Shown: positions 40,366 to 52,913 of the stretch, piece by piece
Layout: every line of letters starts with the position of its first letter
Numbering within the stretch: position 1 is the first letter of the stretch
Origin: Leucoraja erinacea
Taxonomy: Eukaryota
Assembly: GCF_028641065.1 (NCBI RefSeq)
Contig: NW_026575418.1
Span: forward strand, 124,001 to 188,000
Length of the DNA: 64,000 nt
Direction: 5' to 3'
The notes under the pieces: generated by a model
What the model was told of the DNA's origin: nothing
Database searches by the model: none
What the model saw: the letters and a program-made list of their open reading frames with translations, nothing else
Position numbers and translations under genes: made by a program

Positions 40366-40410
40366 GGCTCTTTTAAGAGCCACTCACCATTTCACTGAGG
40401 GAGCAGTGAC
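40366..40410 (+). terminator. Histone stem-loop and HDE of H4
   Basis: GGCTCTTTTAAGAGCC at 40366-40381, then GAGGGAGCAG. Confidence 0.92.
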
Positions 40411-40848
40411 CGGGAACATGATCACATTATGTACTGAATAAACTTTTATTTATTACCCGACCGCTGCATGCATTTGATTGATTGAAAAGTTAATGTTAGG
40501 CAGATATCCCGAAGATTTAAACTGAGGAGGGGGTTATAGTAAACTATTCTCCAGGCCGAAAATTAGAGGCTATCTCCGTTCTCCCCTTTGCCACTTAACG
40601 CTTTGTAAATCCAACAACACAAAGGTCGACTAGAAACTTCCCCGGGGAGCAGTGGTTTATCTCTAGTCTCATGTAGAACTGAATACCGTCAGTTTCCACA
40701 TCGGGTCTGTAAATTCGCACCGCGTACTCAGACTTTGTGATTTAAATTAATTCGAAATTAATTTGGTAGGTACAAAATAGTGTTGCATTCACAATTACAA
40801 GCGAGTATTTACCTCGGTTCCCGCTTGCTGTTAAATTGGCGGGCAATT

Positions 40849-40921
40849 TGTGTTCGGCACGGACTAGAAGGGTCGAGATGGCCTGTTTCCGTGCTGTAAT
40901 TGTTATATGGTTATATGGTTG
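40849..40921 (+). mobile_element. CR1 extreme 3' tail in the H4-H3 spacer
   Basis: GGCCTGTTTCCGTGCTGTAATTGTTATATGGTTATATGG; absent from the paralogous spacers. Confidence 0.85.
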
Positions 40922-41030
40922 ATTTGAAATTGAACCAGTAGCCAACCACACTACAGTGTGCCGGCCCTCACTGGTTGTCTGAGATCCGTCCGCCGCTCAC
41001 AAATCTCTGTATATGGTCACAAATAATATT

Positions 41031-41124
41031 CTGAGGAAGGGTTTCGGCCCGAAACGTTGCCTATTTCCTTCGCTCCATAGATGCTGCTGCACCCGCTGAG
41101 TTTCTCCAGCTTTTTTGTGTAACC
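41031..41124 (+). mobile_element. Penelope-derived short insert with a hammerhead-ribozyme-like core
   Basis: 9-bp TSD AATAATATT (41022-41030 and 41125-41133); CTGAGGA..GGGT-TTCG-GCCC-GAAACGTT. Confidence 0.8.
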
Positions 41125-41337
41125 AATAATATTTTCCTCGCCGGCCTCAGACCTGAAACTGGCGGCCAGTTGCTGACTGAGCAGCAGCCAATCGCAGCGT
41201 GGGAACGACATGTTTGCACCTGTACTACAGCCAATCTCACGCTGTGGGCCGGCCCTACACCAAGGCTTTAAAAGTCGGCTCCAGAGCCGGCTCCGTCATT
41301 CCAGTGCCTCTATTTCAGGCTGTAATACAAGTGTTGA

Positions 41338-41754
<417 letters not shown>

Positions 41755-41784
41755 ACTCGGAACCACTAACCAAGGACAACAAAA

Positions 41785-41826
41785 GGCTCTTTTAAGAGCC
41801 ACCAACCCGGCTGTGGAAAGAGCTGT
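41785..41826 (+). terminator. Histone stem-loop and HDE of H3
   Basis: GGCTCTTTTAAGAGCC at 41785-41800, then GGAAAGAGCTG. Confidence 0.95.
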
Positions 41827-43059
41827 GTCCTCCTGTTCATTGTCCTCTTACATTACGGTCCCGGCCTTTCTTACCACAACTGACACCGCAGTCACAGCTG
41901 CCGAGCTGAGTCTGACCCCACGGGCTCCAGTGTCCCGGGCGGACCCGGTTACCATGTGAATCCCCTTGTGACGCGTTCTGACCTCAATAAAACGTCTTTA
42001 TTGCGCCTTTTCCGCGGGTTCGGCGCTTCACAAAAACAGCGAGTGGACCAAAAACAGTCTTTGGTTCACTGGGTTTCACCGACACCATTAAAGCGCGAAA
42101 AATAACCCGGCCCGCAGATATTGCACCAACCCACTCAATTTTAAATAATGCAACATCTAAATTCATTATCAAGGGTAACGATTTTTTATTTCTGACATTA
42201 ATGGTAAGATTGACATAATTTACGAGTTATAGAGGGATTGCAGTGTATCGCTTATCAGCTAACCAATGAAAGTGATGTAATATTCAACGTATTTCAAACA
42301 ATGATAGCCCCACCCCTGCTTTCCCTGGACAAAATGTCCAACGTATGTACACTAATAAATACATTGTCATTTGCAATATTTTGTGCAGCTAACAATCACA
42401 ATTTCAGACTATGTATATAAACAAGTGTATTACTTCAAATAAATAATTTAAGAAAATTATGTACATTACTTATGTGCCACTTTTGAAAAAAAATGTACAC
42501 TTCCTTTTAACGGTCATATCCTGCATTTTTTCTATTCTTAAATTTGAGTCCATAATGTATGTGAACACTCACAAAGATTGCTACAACTCTAACCTTGAAA
42601 CTACGGCAGCACAAGTTCATGTCCTTTGTTACGATTCCCGAATGCAGGTACTCCAGAGTCGCGTAACATAATTCAAAAACCAGGTTCAAGTTCAAAAATC
42701 TTTTAATTATTCAATGAAACACAAAAACCAAACCTGATTTAAACAACCCAGTCAGGGATTATGGATGGACTAACAAACAATTAAACAGTGCTCCAGCCAG
42801 CCACGTAATGGACCGTCGAACCAGAGACTAAAACCTGCCTAAAGAGATATAACCCCGAAAAATACACGAAAACACTAAGGTCAGCCCTTATTCCGTCCCA
42901 ATTCAATATTGGTGAACAAATAATGGTGGAAGTACACAAAGTTGTATGCCATGTGGCCAGCCCTTCTGCAGCTCATACCAGCAAACTGCTCACAAGTCAG
43001 GGTCCACGAAGATGAGAGAGAATCTTGGGCATCTCGGGTATTTAAGCTTCAGACGAGCC

Positions 43060-44990
43060 CGGGGCAGCGGGAGAGGGAGTGAGCGGCCCGGGGAGAGGGT
43101 GAGCGGCCCGGGGAGAGGGAGAGGGAGTGTGCGGCCCAGGGAGAGGGAGAGGGAGTGTGCGGCCCAGGGAGAGGGAGAGGGAGAGGGAGTGTGCGGCCCG
43201 GGGAGAGTGTGCGGCCCGGGGAGAGGGAGTGTGCGGCCCGGGGAGAGGGAGAGGGAGTGTGCGGCCCGGGGAGAGGGAGAGAGGGAGAGGGAGTGTGCGG
43301 CACAGGGAGAGGGAGAGAGGGAGAGGGAGTGTGGCGGCCCGGGGAGAGGGAGAGGAGTGTGTGCGGCCCGGGGAGGGAGAGGGAGGGAGGGCGGCCGGGG
43401 AGAGGGAGGGAGTGTGTGCGGCCCAGGGGAGAGGGAGAGGGAGTGTGCGGCCCGGGGAGGGAGAGGAGTGTGCGGCCCAGGGAGAGGGAGGGGAGTGTGT
43501 GCGGCCCAGGGAGAGGGAGAGGGGAGTGTGCGGCCCGGGGAGAGGGAGTGTGCGGCCCAGGGAGGGGAGTGGAGTGTGCGGCCCAGGGAGAGGGAGAGGG
43601 AGTGTGTGCGGCCCAGGGAGAGGGAGAGGAGTGTGCGGCCCGGGGAGAGGGAGAGGGAGTGTGCGGCCCGGGAGAGGGAGAGGGAGTGTGCGGCCCGGGA
43701 GAGGGAGAGGTAGTGTGCGGCCCGGGGAGAGAGGGCGTGTGGGGGGGAGTGTGGCGGCCGTGGGGAGAGGGTGTGGGGCGGGGAGAGGGAGAGGGAGTGT
43801 GCGGCCCGGGAGAGGGAGAGGGTGTGTGCGGCCCGGGGAGAGGGAGAGGCAGTGTGCGGCCCGGGGAGGGCAGTATGCGGGCCCGGGAGAGGGAGAGGCA
43901 GTGTGCGGCCCGGGGGAGAGGGAGAGGAGTGTGTGCGGCACAGGGAGAGGGAGTGAGGGCCCGGGGAGGGGAGAGGGAGTGTGGGGCCCGGGGAGAGGGA
44001 GAGGGAGTGTGCGGCGGGGGAGAGAGGGAGAGGGAGTGCGGCCCGGGGAGAGGGAGAGGGAGTGTGCGGCAGGGGGAGAGGAGTGAGAGGGGGGAGGGGA
44101 GAGTGAGTGAGGGCCCGGGGAGAGAGAGAGGGAGTGTGTGCGGCCCGGGAGGGAGAGAGGAGTGTGGGGCCCGGGAGAGGGGAGTGTGCGGCCCGGGGAG
44201 GAGGGAGTGAGGGCCCGGGGAGAGGGAGAGTGAGTGTGCGGCCCGGGAGAGGGAGTGTGCGGCCCCGGGAGAGGGAGTGTGGGGCGGCCCGGGGAGAGGG
44301 AGTGTGAGGCCCGGGGAAAGGGAGAGGGAGTGTGAGGCCCGGGGAGAGGGAGTGCAGCGGCCCGGGGAGAGGGAGTGTGCGGCCCGGGGAGAGGGAGTGT
44401 GGGGCCCGGGGAGAGGGGTGTGCGGCCCGGCGAGGGGAGTGTGCGGCACGGGGAGGGAGTGTGCGGCCCGGGGGAGAGGGAGTGTGTGCGGCCAGGGGGG
44501 AGAGGGGGTGTGCGGTGGGGCGGGGAGAGGAGAGTGTGGAGGCCTGGGAGTGGGAGGGAGGGAGGGGGGTGTGGGGGGCGGGGGGAGGGGGAGTGTGCGG
44601 CCCGGGCGGAGGAGAGGGAGTGTGCGGCCCGGGGAGAGGGGAGTGCGTGGGGCCCGGGGCGGCGGGGAGCGGCCCGGGGGGCCCGGGGAGAGGGAGTGTG
44701 CGGCCGGGGGGGGGGAGGGAGTGTGCGGCCCGGGGGAGAGGGAGTGTGTGCAGCCCGGGGCGAGGGGGTGTGCAACCCGGGGGCGGGGGAGAGGGAGTGT
44801 GCAACCCGGGGAGAGGGAGTGTGCAGGGGGGGGTGGGGGGGGGGGGGGGGGAGGGAGGGAGGGGGGGCGGGGGGGAGAGGGGTGAGAGGCCCGGGGAAAG
44901 GGAGAGGGAGTGAGAGGGGGGGGGAGGCAGGGGGGGGGGGGGGGGGGGGTGGGGGGGGGGGGGGGGGGGGGGGGTGAGAGTTGAGGGGTG
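43060..44990. repeat. G-rich minisatellite, core GAGAGGGAGTGTGCGGCCCGGG, ending in poly-G
   Basis: Dozens of variable tandem units. Confidence 0.95.
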
Positions 44991-45111
44991 GGATACGGCC
45001 TAGTGTGTGTGAATTTGCGGGGAGTTTTACAATGTTTCTTATTTAATGTCCCTTGTCTAGTCTGAAATAAAGTTCATCATTGGATCAGAAGAAATATAAT
45101 TGTGTGTGTTA

Positions 45112-46400
45112 TATGATCATGGAGCAAATCAACTCCTACCTCGACAAAAACCTGGACCCACTGCAGTTCGCGTACTGCCACAACAGATCAACGGTGGATG
45201 CGATCTCGCTGGCCCTCCACTCCGCACTGGACCACTTGGACAACAAAAACTCATATGTCAGGCTGTTATTCATCGATTACAGCTCGGCATTTAACACAAT
45301 CATCCCCTCCAAACTGGTTACCAAACTCGCAGAACTGGGTCTCTGCGCATCCCTCTGCAACTGGATCCTCGACTTCCTCGTCCACAGACCACAGTCTGTT
45401 CGTATTGGTGGAAATGTGTCAGCCTCGATAACAATCAGCACGGGAGCACCTCAAGGCTGCGTGCTCAGCCCCCTGCTGTACTCACTCTATACCCATGACT
45501 GCGTAGCGAACCACAGTGCGAACTCCATCATCAAGTTCGCTGACGACACCACTATTGTGGGGCGTATCACTGATGGGGATGAGTCAGAGTACAGAAGAGA
45601 GATCGAGCTACTGTCCATATGGTGCCAGCGCAATAACCTGGCCCTCAACCCCAGCAAAACCAAGAAACTGATTGTGAACTTTGGAAGGAGTAGGAGGGGG
45701 ACCCACAGCCCCATTTATATGGTTGAAAGGGTCAAGAACTTCAAATTCCTGGGCGTGCACATCTCTGAAGATCTTTCCTGGTCCGAGAACACTAACGCAA
45801 TTATCAAAAAAGCACATCAGCGCCTCTACTTCCTGAGAAGATTACGGAGAGTCGGATTTTCAAGGAAGACTCTCTCTAACTTCTACAGGTGCACAGTCGA
45901 GAGCATGCTGACCGGTTGCATCGTGGCTTGGTTCGGCAATTTGAGCGCCCTGGAGAGGAAAAGACTACAAAAAGTAGTAAACACTGCCCAGTCCATCATC
46001 GGCTCTGACCTTCCTTCCATCGAGTGGATTTATCGCAGTCGCTGCCTCAAAAAGGCTGGCAGTATCATCAAAGACCCACACCATCCTGGACACACACTCA
46101 TCTCCCTGCTACCTTCAGGTAGAAGGTACAGGAGCCTGAAGACTGCAACAACCAGCTACTTCCCCTCAGCCATCAGACCATTAAACCTGGCTCAGACAAA
46201 ACTCTGATTATTAACAACCACTTTCTGTTATTTGCACTTTACCAGTTATTTATTCATGTGTGTATATATTTAGATCAGGGTATATGGACACATTTATCTG
46301 TTTTGTAGTAAATGCCTACTATTTTCTGTGTGCTTAAGCAAAGCAAGAATTTCATTGTCCTATACAGGGACACATGACAATAAACTCACTTGAACTTGAT
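45112..46400 (+). mobile_element. Rex1/Babar 3' fragment
   Basis: ORF 45080-46207 [23 protein letters not shown]; (CTTGAA) tail. Confidence 0.92.
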
Positions 46401-46896
46401 TATATACATTTATATCACATTCATGTATGTGTGTTTATAAACATTTTACTCTTTAACAAGAATTAACAGAATTATGAACAAACAGAATTATGAATCTAAC
46501 CCTATATCACACACAAAAACTGCCCCCGCAATGTCAATTACCCAGCGAGTCGGGTCGGGTCGGGTCGGTTCCAGTTACTACAAAATCAACTCAAACACTG
46601 CTTGTGAGCCATTTAAAAATAAATGATTTAAAAAACATTAAAAAGACAATTACCAGAGTCAAATTTTATTCTTGACAAGAAGTATGAACTGACAGAATTA
46701 TGAATCTAACCCTATATCACACACACAAACTGTTGCCCCGCAACATTGATTAAACTGCGAGTCGGGTCGGGTCAGGTAGGCTGTGGTTACTAAAATGGGC
46801 GGGGGGAAATGCCCAGGATCCCCTCCGTAGCGTACTACACGTCAGCCCATTGTATTTCGCAGGAGTAGCCCATCTTGCTCTGCTCTAAGATCTTTG
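46400..46896. mobile_element. One end of a probable non-autonomous hAT element
   Basis: Ends TCTGCTCTAAGATCTTTG, like the arm of 37731-37770; internal repeat ACAGAATTATGAATCTAACCCTATATCACACACA x2. Confidence 0.55.
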
Positions 46897-47309
46897 ACCA
46901 CGAGGCCTGAACTCGGGAGAGAAACAGAGAAAGGTAAGTACATAGCATTCACCAGGGGGGGGGGGGATACGCCTAACATCCTTGTAATCCTGTGTATTGG
47001 GTATTGCTGTGTTTATTAGATGGGAAATGTTCCTCGTCTTTTTGACATCGTCAAATTCTGTGCGAAACACATTCTCACACTTCACAGAATGCTAGAAAGT
47101 AATCAGAAGGCACCATCAAGGAGACAAAGTCAGATGTAGATGTGTCATATGCTTTATGATGGATGAATATGAGGGCAGGATCAACTAAAGTGACATCAGG
47201 TTGTAGTAGAATGTTCAGTCTGTATGTTGTGTGACACGGCCAAGACAAATAAAAAACTTGAAAGGGGGAAAAAATGAGAAGTATACAAATGAAATGGATT
47301 TAGCATATC

Positions 47310-48170
47310 ATCGGCGGTCACTTGAAACGGCTATGACTGTCCTTTACCTAGTGTCGTCATCTTGTGGGTCAGTAAAGGATGATCCGTGATCCACACACCT
47401 TGGTGCAACGTGGGCAGTGGAGACTGGTGGTGGTTGGTAGTCATCGAGCCCCCTTCTCACCCTCCTTACGGTATTGTTGCTTTGTCCCTGCAACACAGCA
47501 TTGTTCTATTTCGTAACGTGCAGCTCCTTCCTGCACAGGTTTCCTCCAGGAACGCCTGTCCAGTGTAATGTGCTCCAGTTGTTTAATGCGATGTACAATT
47601 CCTTCAAACCGTTCGTGATGTTGTCCTTGAAGCATTTCTTTGGACCACTGGGGTCTCGGCGACATTCCTTCCATTGAGAGTGCAGGATTTGTTGAGGGAG
47701 ACGTGTGTTGGACATGTGAATGACATGGCCAGTCCATCGAAGTTGGTGCTGCATTATTGTGGTGGTGATGCAGGTCATGTTGGCTTCCTCCAGAACGCTG
47801 ATTTAATGTGTTTGTCCTCCCAGCTGATTCTCAGAATCTTTCGTAAGGATCTTTGATGGTATTGTTCCAGGCCTCTCAGGTGCCTGCTGTAGCTGGTCAA
47901 TGACTTGGCACCATACAACAGGGTAGAGAGGACAATGGCTCAGTAGACCAGCAGTTTTGTTTGGGCCTTTAGGTCTCAGTCTTCAAAGACTCTTTTCCGG
48001 AGTCTGGCGTAGGTTCAGCTGGCACAACTGAGGCGATAGTCAGCTTTTGAGGAATGAATGCTGCCAAGGTTGGGGAAGTGGTCAACGTTTTCAAATGTGG
48101 TGTCATCCACTTTTATAGTGGGCTGGGTAGACGGCTGCTTGGAAGGAGGACCTGTGTCTTCTTGATATTT
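47310..48170 (-). mobile_element. RTE-clade LINE 3' fragment
   Basis: QLRWTGHVIHMSNTRLPQQIL..GPKKCFKD motif; upstream HFPNLGS motif. Confidence 0.8.
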
Positions 48171-48203
48171 AAGTTCATTTAAATAAATCGGCATCTACTG
48201 CTA

Positions 48204-51200
48204 ATTTTACTTCGGAGTCACGTGAGTGACTTCGTGAAGAAGCCCGCCCCAGGACGCATTGCGGCATTACGTTTCAGCGTGCAAAGCGGCAGCCGGGAGT
48301 CAGGGCTCCCGAAGAAACGAGAAAAAATCTAAGTTTAGGTAAGTACTTACCTTTACTGTTACAGCCCCTTTGCGTCTGCTTGTTTTCCCGCAGGGCGTGC
48401 AAGCGGCCCCCTTGGACTCCGGGAGGAGTTTTCCGTGCGAGGGAGGGGAGGAAATACGCTACCAGGGAGAGAGAGCGCCGGCGGACCATGAATGGGAGCT
48501 GTGCCGGTGCCGGTAACTCTCCACAGGGGCGACATCAACAGCGCAGGAGACGGCGCTAGCACTGTGTTGGGGTCCCCTCAGTCCTCGCTCGCTCGCGAGT
48601 ACTGTCCAGGTGAGGCAGGCAGGCGGGCGGGAGGAGGCTTCCGACATTTGCGGAGCCGTCAGGGGGACCCACTGTACAGTGCTGGCGTGGAGTGCGCTGC
48701 AGCCCGAGTGCAGGTGAGCAGCAGCCCGAGTGCAGAGAGAGAGAGAGAGCAAGGACCGCTAATCAGCGCGCCGCTCCCGACTCTGCACCAAGCCCGGCAG
48801 CATCAGCTGCGGGCTTGGGGGGGGGGGAAATGCTGCACCTGCCCGCTGGACGAAAGGACGTCGTTGGGCAGCAAACAGGGGTGGACCGCTTAGCGGGCGG
48901 TCCGCAAACCCGACACCGCGACCGAGCCAGCCCGCTAGCACCTGAGCAGCGGGCTGGATGTGTGTAAAACCCGGCGGTGGAGCCGACATCGGACTGGGAC
49001 GTCTCTCCACCCAGGAGGGGGAGAGACAGCCGCCTGAGCTGCAGGAGCGGCTCTTGGGCATTGGAAAGGTGAGTTTGCAGTTGTGTTTTATTACAGATTT
49101 CAGGAACTCAACGCAAAAAACTCGCAAAGAGAAACTGCCCCGCTCCAACTCTACCAGCGGGGCAGCAACCGGCGGCAGCGTCGCTCGCAGAGCGTTTTCG
49201 CTATCCCTGAGACCGAGCCAAGCCAGTCTCGCCAGAGCCTACACGGCGGACTGGGAAAGCGGCCAGCAAGCCAAACGGCCGGTCGTCTCCGATTCGTCGG
49301 AGGGGGACATGTCTCTACCAAAGCAGAGAGAGACAGCCGCCTGAGCTGCACTTAGCAGCTCCTGGAGGAGAAGGTCCACCGGGAACAGCAGCGCTCCCGG
49401 CGAGACAGGACAGGTACCTCCTCCATAGTGTCGTTCAGGCACTGCCCTTTGCTACCCTCATACCACGGGTTGGAGCAGGAGGCTAGCATTGGTGACCAGG
49501 GCAGGGCTGGTCTGCAAATGGGGCAGGCGGACAAAATCGGGAGAATGCATGAGGTGCAGGATCAGGAACAGCTGTTGGGTGTCGTGGACCGCTTTGTAGC
49601 AACCCCACGGGCTGGAGCACCGCCGGAGCCAAAACAATGGCAGCCAGCAAGAATATACAGCACCAGAGAACTATGAGGCCCTTAAGGGGAATAAGCCTAA
49701 AACAGCAAAATCTGGAAGTTGTGGGGGCCCTTATGCGGGCATAAAAACTCAAGCTACAGCGGATCCGAAGGCTCCTGATGTCAGCTATCACAGCCTATGC
49801 TTGTTCTGTGGAGATAACGAGATCAACACATGCCACCAGAAAGTGCTGGTATTAAGGTGTACCATGATTCGAACTAAATAATCTCTGAAGGGAAATGCAA
49901 CACCTGCCCTCAATCTCAAAGATGCAGGCTTGAGCAAAGCCCAGCAGCGGAGGCAGACTCACTGCTATTTGGGAGAGATCTGAACAAAAAGCTGAAGGAG
50001 ATCGAAGAGGTATCAAAAACCTTCGGCATCATGAGGGCAGGCCAAGGGACGAGCAAACCACGACTTTCGATAACCTAACAGCAGCACCTCACGGCATCTA
50101 CCAGTCTATGTCTAGAATATGGGACTGGTGAAAGCTTGGGGCCGCACTATCCCCAAAGATCTTTTAGATCAGGGCCCGCCGCGGACCCCCTGGAAAATGC
50201 GCCCCCCCCCAACGTCGCCAGCACATCCTCAGAACAAAAGCACTCAGAAAACAGAAAACACAAAACCGCCAATAACCATGAGGTAGGTGGGTCTGGTTCC
50301 TACCAGCAAATAGAGCGCTTTCTTGGACTATCTTGGCTTTCATATTAATTCAGTCCACGTAACTATAAGGATGCCAAGAGACAACATAGTGGAATTGGCA
50401 CAAACAAGCACAAAGTAATGGTCAAACTACCAACTACTCGACAAATAACAGAGTAATTGGGGAAAAAAATTGTACCATTTCTGTCTACATCATTCAGATG
50501 TTAGTATCAAAAACAACATATAGGTTGTCATTGAGCATCTCATGAAGTTACCCACTGAAGTAATATCAGAAAGACAGTGGTGGGGTTACCACTTATACTG
50601 GGCATTAATTATCTAAAAAATGTTCGGGTGAATTTATGAGTTTAAAGCACTTGCATGTATGGGTATAAATAGACTACACTATGGAGGTGGCCTATATTAA
50701 CCATATGGCAGCATAAAGTCGGTATCATATGAGAAGTTGGTCAAACCAATTTGGCAATGGTATATCCATAGATGTATTTGACTATCAACAACTTACCTGG
50801 GTGGTAAGCAAAATACAGTGACAGACACCAGGTCACATAATATTAAGGACTACATCAATTAGATGTTTTCATATAAAGTTAACAAAACTATTAAGCTATA
50901 TGATGCAACAGATATTAATGCATTTCATTGTCGCTGTACTGTACACTGACAATGACAATTAAAATGGAATGTGAAACTGATATGGATTATTTGCATTAAC
51001 GCTATATCACCAGGTGTTCGGGGATGTCCTATGTATGTCGCGGGGGGAAACCAGACCCTGGGCCAGTGGAATCCTCATTAAAAAAATTTCTCTGGGACAG
51101 ATAGTTCCAGCAGAAAGATCGTCAGCTATATCTATTAACTTTTCTCACCTATAGGTCATGTTGTCATTCAAGAATGTATTTATAATATTGATAGACAAAT

Positions 51201-52913
51201 GCGTTCACGCTGCATTGGTGAAATTAATTCTATGTATTTTTCCCTTCTGCCTCACCAATCGAGAACAACGCACAGTAAAAAAGGATTCTGCTTCAGGTAT
51301 TTGATAGTACCTGACGGACTTACGCAGCCCTTGTTTCACTTCACGCCATGACATGGCTGTTGAAACTTGGATGGTGTTTTCCAGTACCCAGAATTATTAA
51401 TATCGGAGTCGGGCACAAATCAACCTGTGCCATGAGAAATAAGCTCCTGAGCTGCAGATTCTGCGCAAGCCTCTGGGACTGGGATTGTTATACTGAATAA
51501 TGGACACCATGTCAGCATCCTTTTGAACATCCACTGGACTACAACAATTGTCCAGCATCAAGAGAAGTACTGCAAGGATAAAGGGGAAAACCTACTCATC
51601 CGATACAGGTACTACAAACTGGAATTCCTGGAGAACCTTCATCATGATGAAGGATTCGGCTACAGTGCCATCAACACAGGTAGAATTACCCTGCCTGTTC
51701 TTTTTCAAAACAGCTACAGGACAACAGGCCATGGGGTCACTGGCTGGAGGTAAATTTGAAGGGTATTAAAACTCTAAAACCCTAGACTAGGTACACCTAT
51801 ATATGGAATGTCACAGTGGTTAACCACACTTCAGGGGATCCCACCAGCCAGAGCCCTAAACCTGAACCTTCTACGCACTAAAAACATATGTTAAAGGCAC
51901 ATGGAGCAGCACAGAGTGTCCAGTCATTACTCCTAATTTCAACTGGACACCATGCTCACAGCTTCAGACCAGATCTCTATCATTTGTTCAAGGAATGGTC
52001 AAACCAGACCAGGAACACCTTATCCAGTCATAAAACCGGGCTACCCGCCAGAAAACACGGTATGTGCCAAGACCCTATTACCTTACATAGACACAACCTA
52101 ATTATGCGAGGGAGATGAAAAGCCTTGTGGGTTGGTCACAAAACACCTTGTGGTCGGGTAACAAGCCTTTTTTGAAATGGCTCAAGCAGGTTAAAGCTCC
52201 TGGGATAAAACTAACATGTATAAAGTTTGTCATCCCACAGGAGAAGCTTCCACGTCAACGGCAAAAGAATGGACGTGCCTGTAAACCACACCCTGGCTAC
52301 AGCAGAATAGTGGGGGTAAAACGTTCAGAGAAATAAATTATTATAAACTGTTGACAAAACCTGTTTTTTATTTGCAGGAAGATTCCAATCTGCAAATATT
52401 CAAATTAGCCAAGGGGAGCATTTAAAATTCTTCAGTGTTATTGTAAAAATACCATTGGTTTTTTCTATAAACAGAATCATTGGTTGATTATGATAACACG
52501 CTTCCTCCCTCAAAGGCTTCGACAGCGAGTGATATAAAGCTGTTACACGGTTTGAAATCACAGAGCTTTGAAATCTTCACGAAGTCACTCACGTGACTCC
52601 GAAGTAAAATAGTAAGATTAAACGAGAACTTACCAGTTTGAAGTTTGATCTGTATTTTATGAGGAGTTACGATGAGGGATTACGTGCCCTCCGCTCCCAC
52701 CCCTCATTACATGGATCAAACTGATAATTGATGTCTCTTTATTCTTTACTATGTTACTTCAAATACGTGTCTGTCTGTGATTCCACACCGCTGCTTTGAA
52801 GTTATGCCGCAATGCGTCCTGGGGCGGGCTTCTTCACGTAATCCCTCATCGTAACTCCTCATAAAATACAGATCAAACTTCAAACTGGTAAGTTCTCGTT
52901 TAATCTTACTATT
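48204..52913 (+). mobile_element. DIRS1-type retrotransposon B, non-autonomous, intact termini
   Basis: Left terminus ATTTTACTTCGGAGTCACGTG; ICR at 52574-52686; right ITR and extension at about 52787-52913; decayed internal remnants. Confidence 0.93.

Noticed and set aside
42946-44977. ORFs of up to 604 aa, rich in Pro/His/Ser or Gly/Glu/Arg
   Set aside because: Open in many frames because the VNTR lacks stop codons
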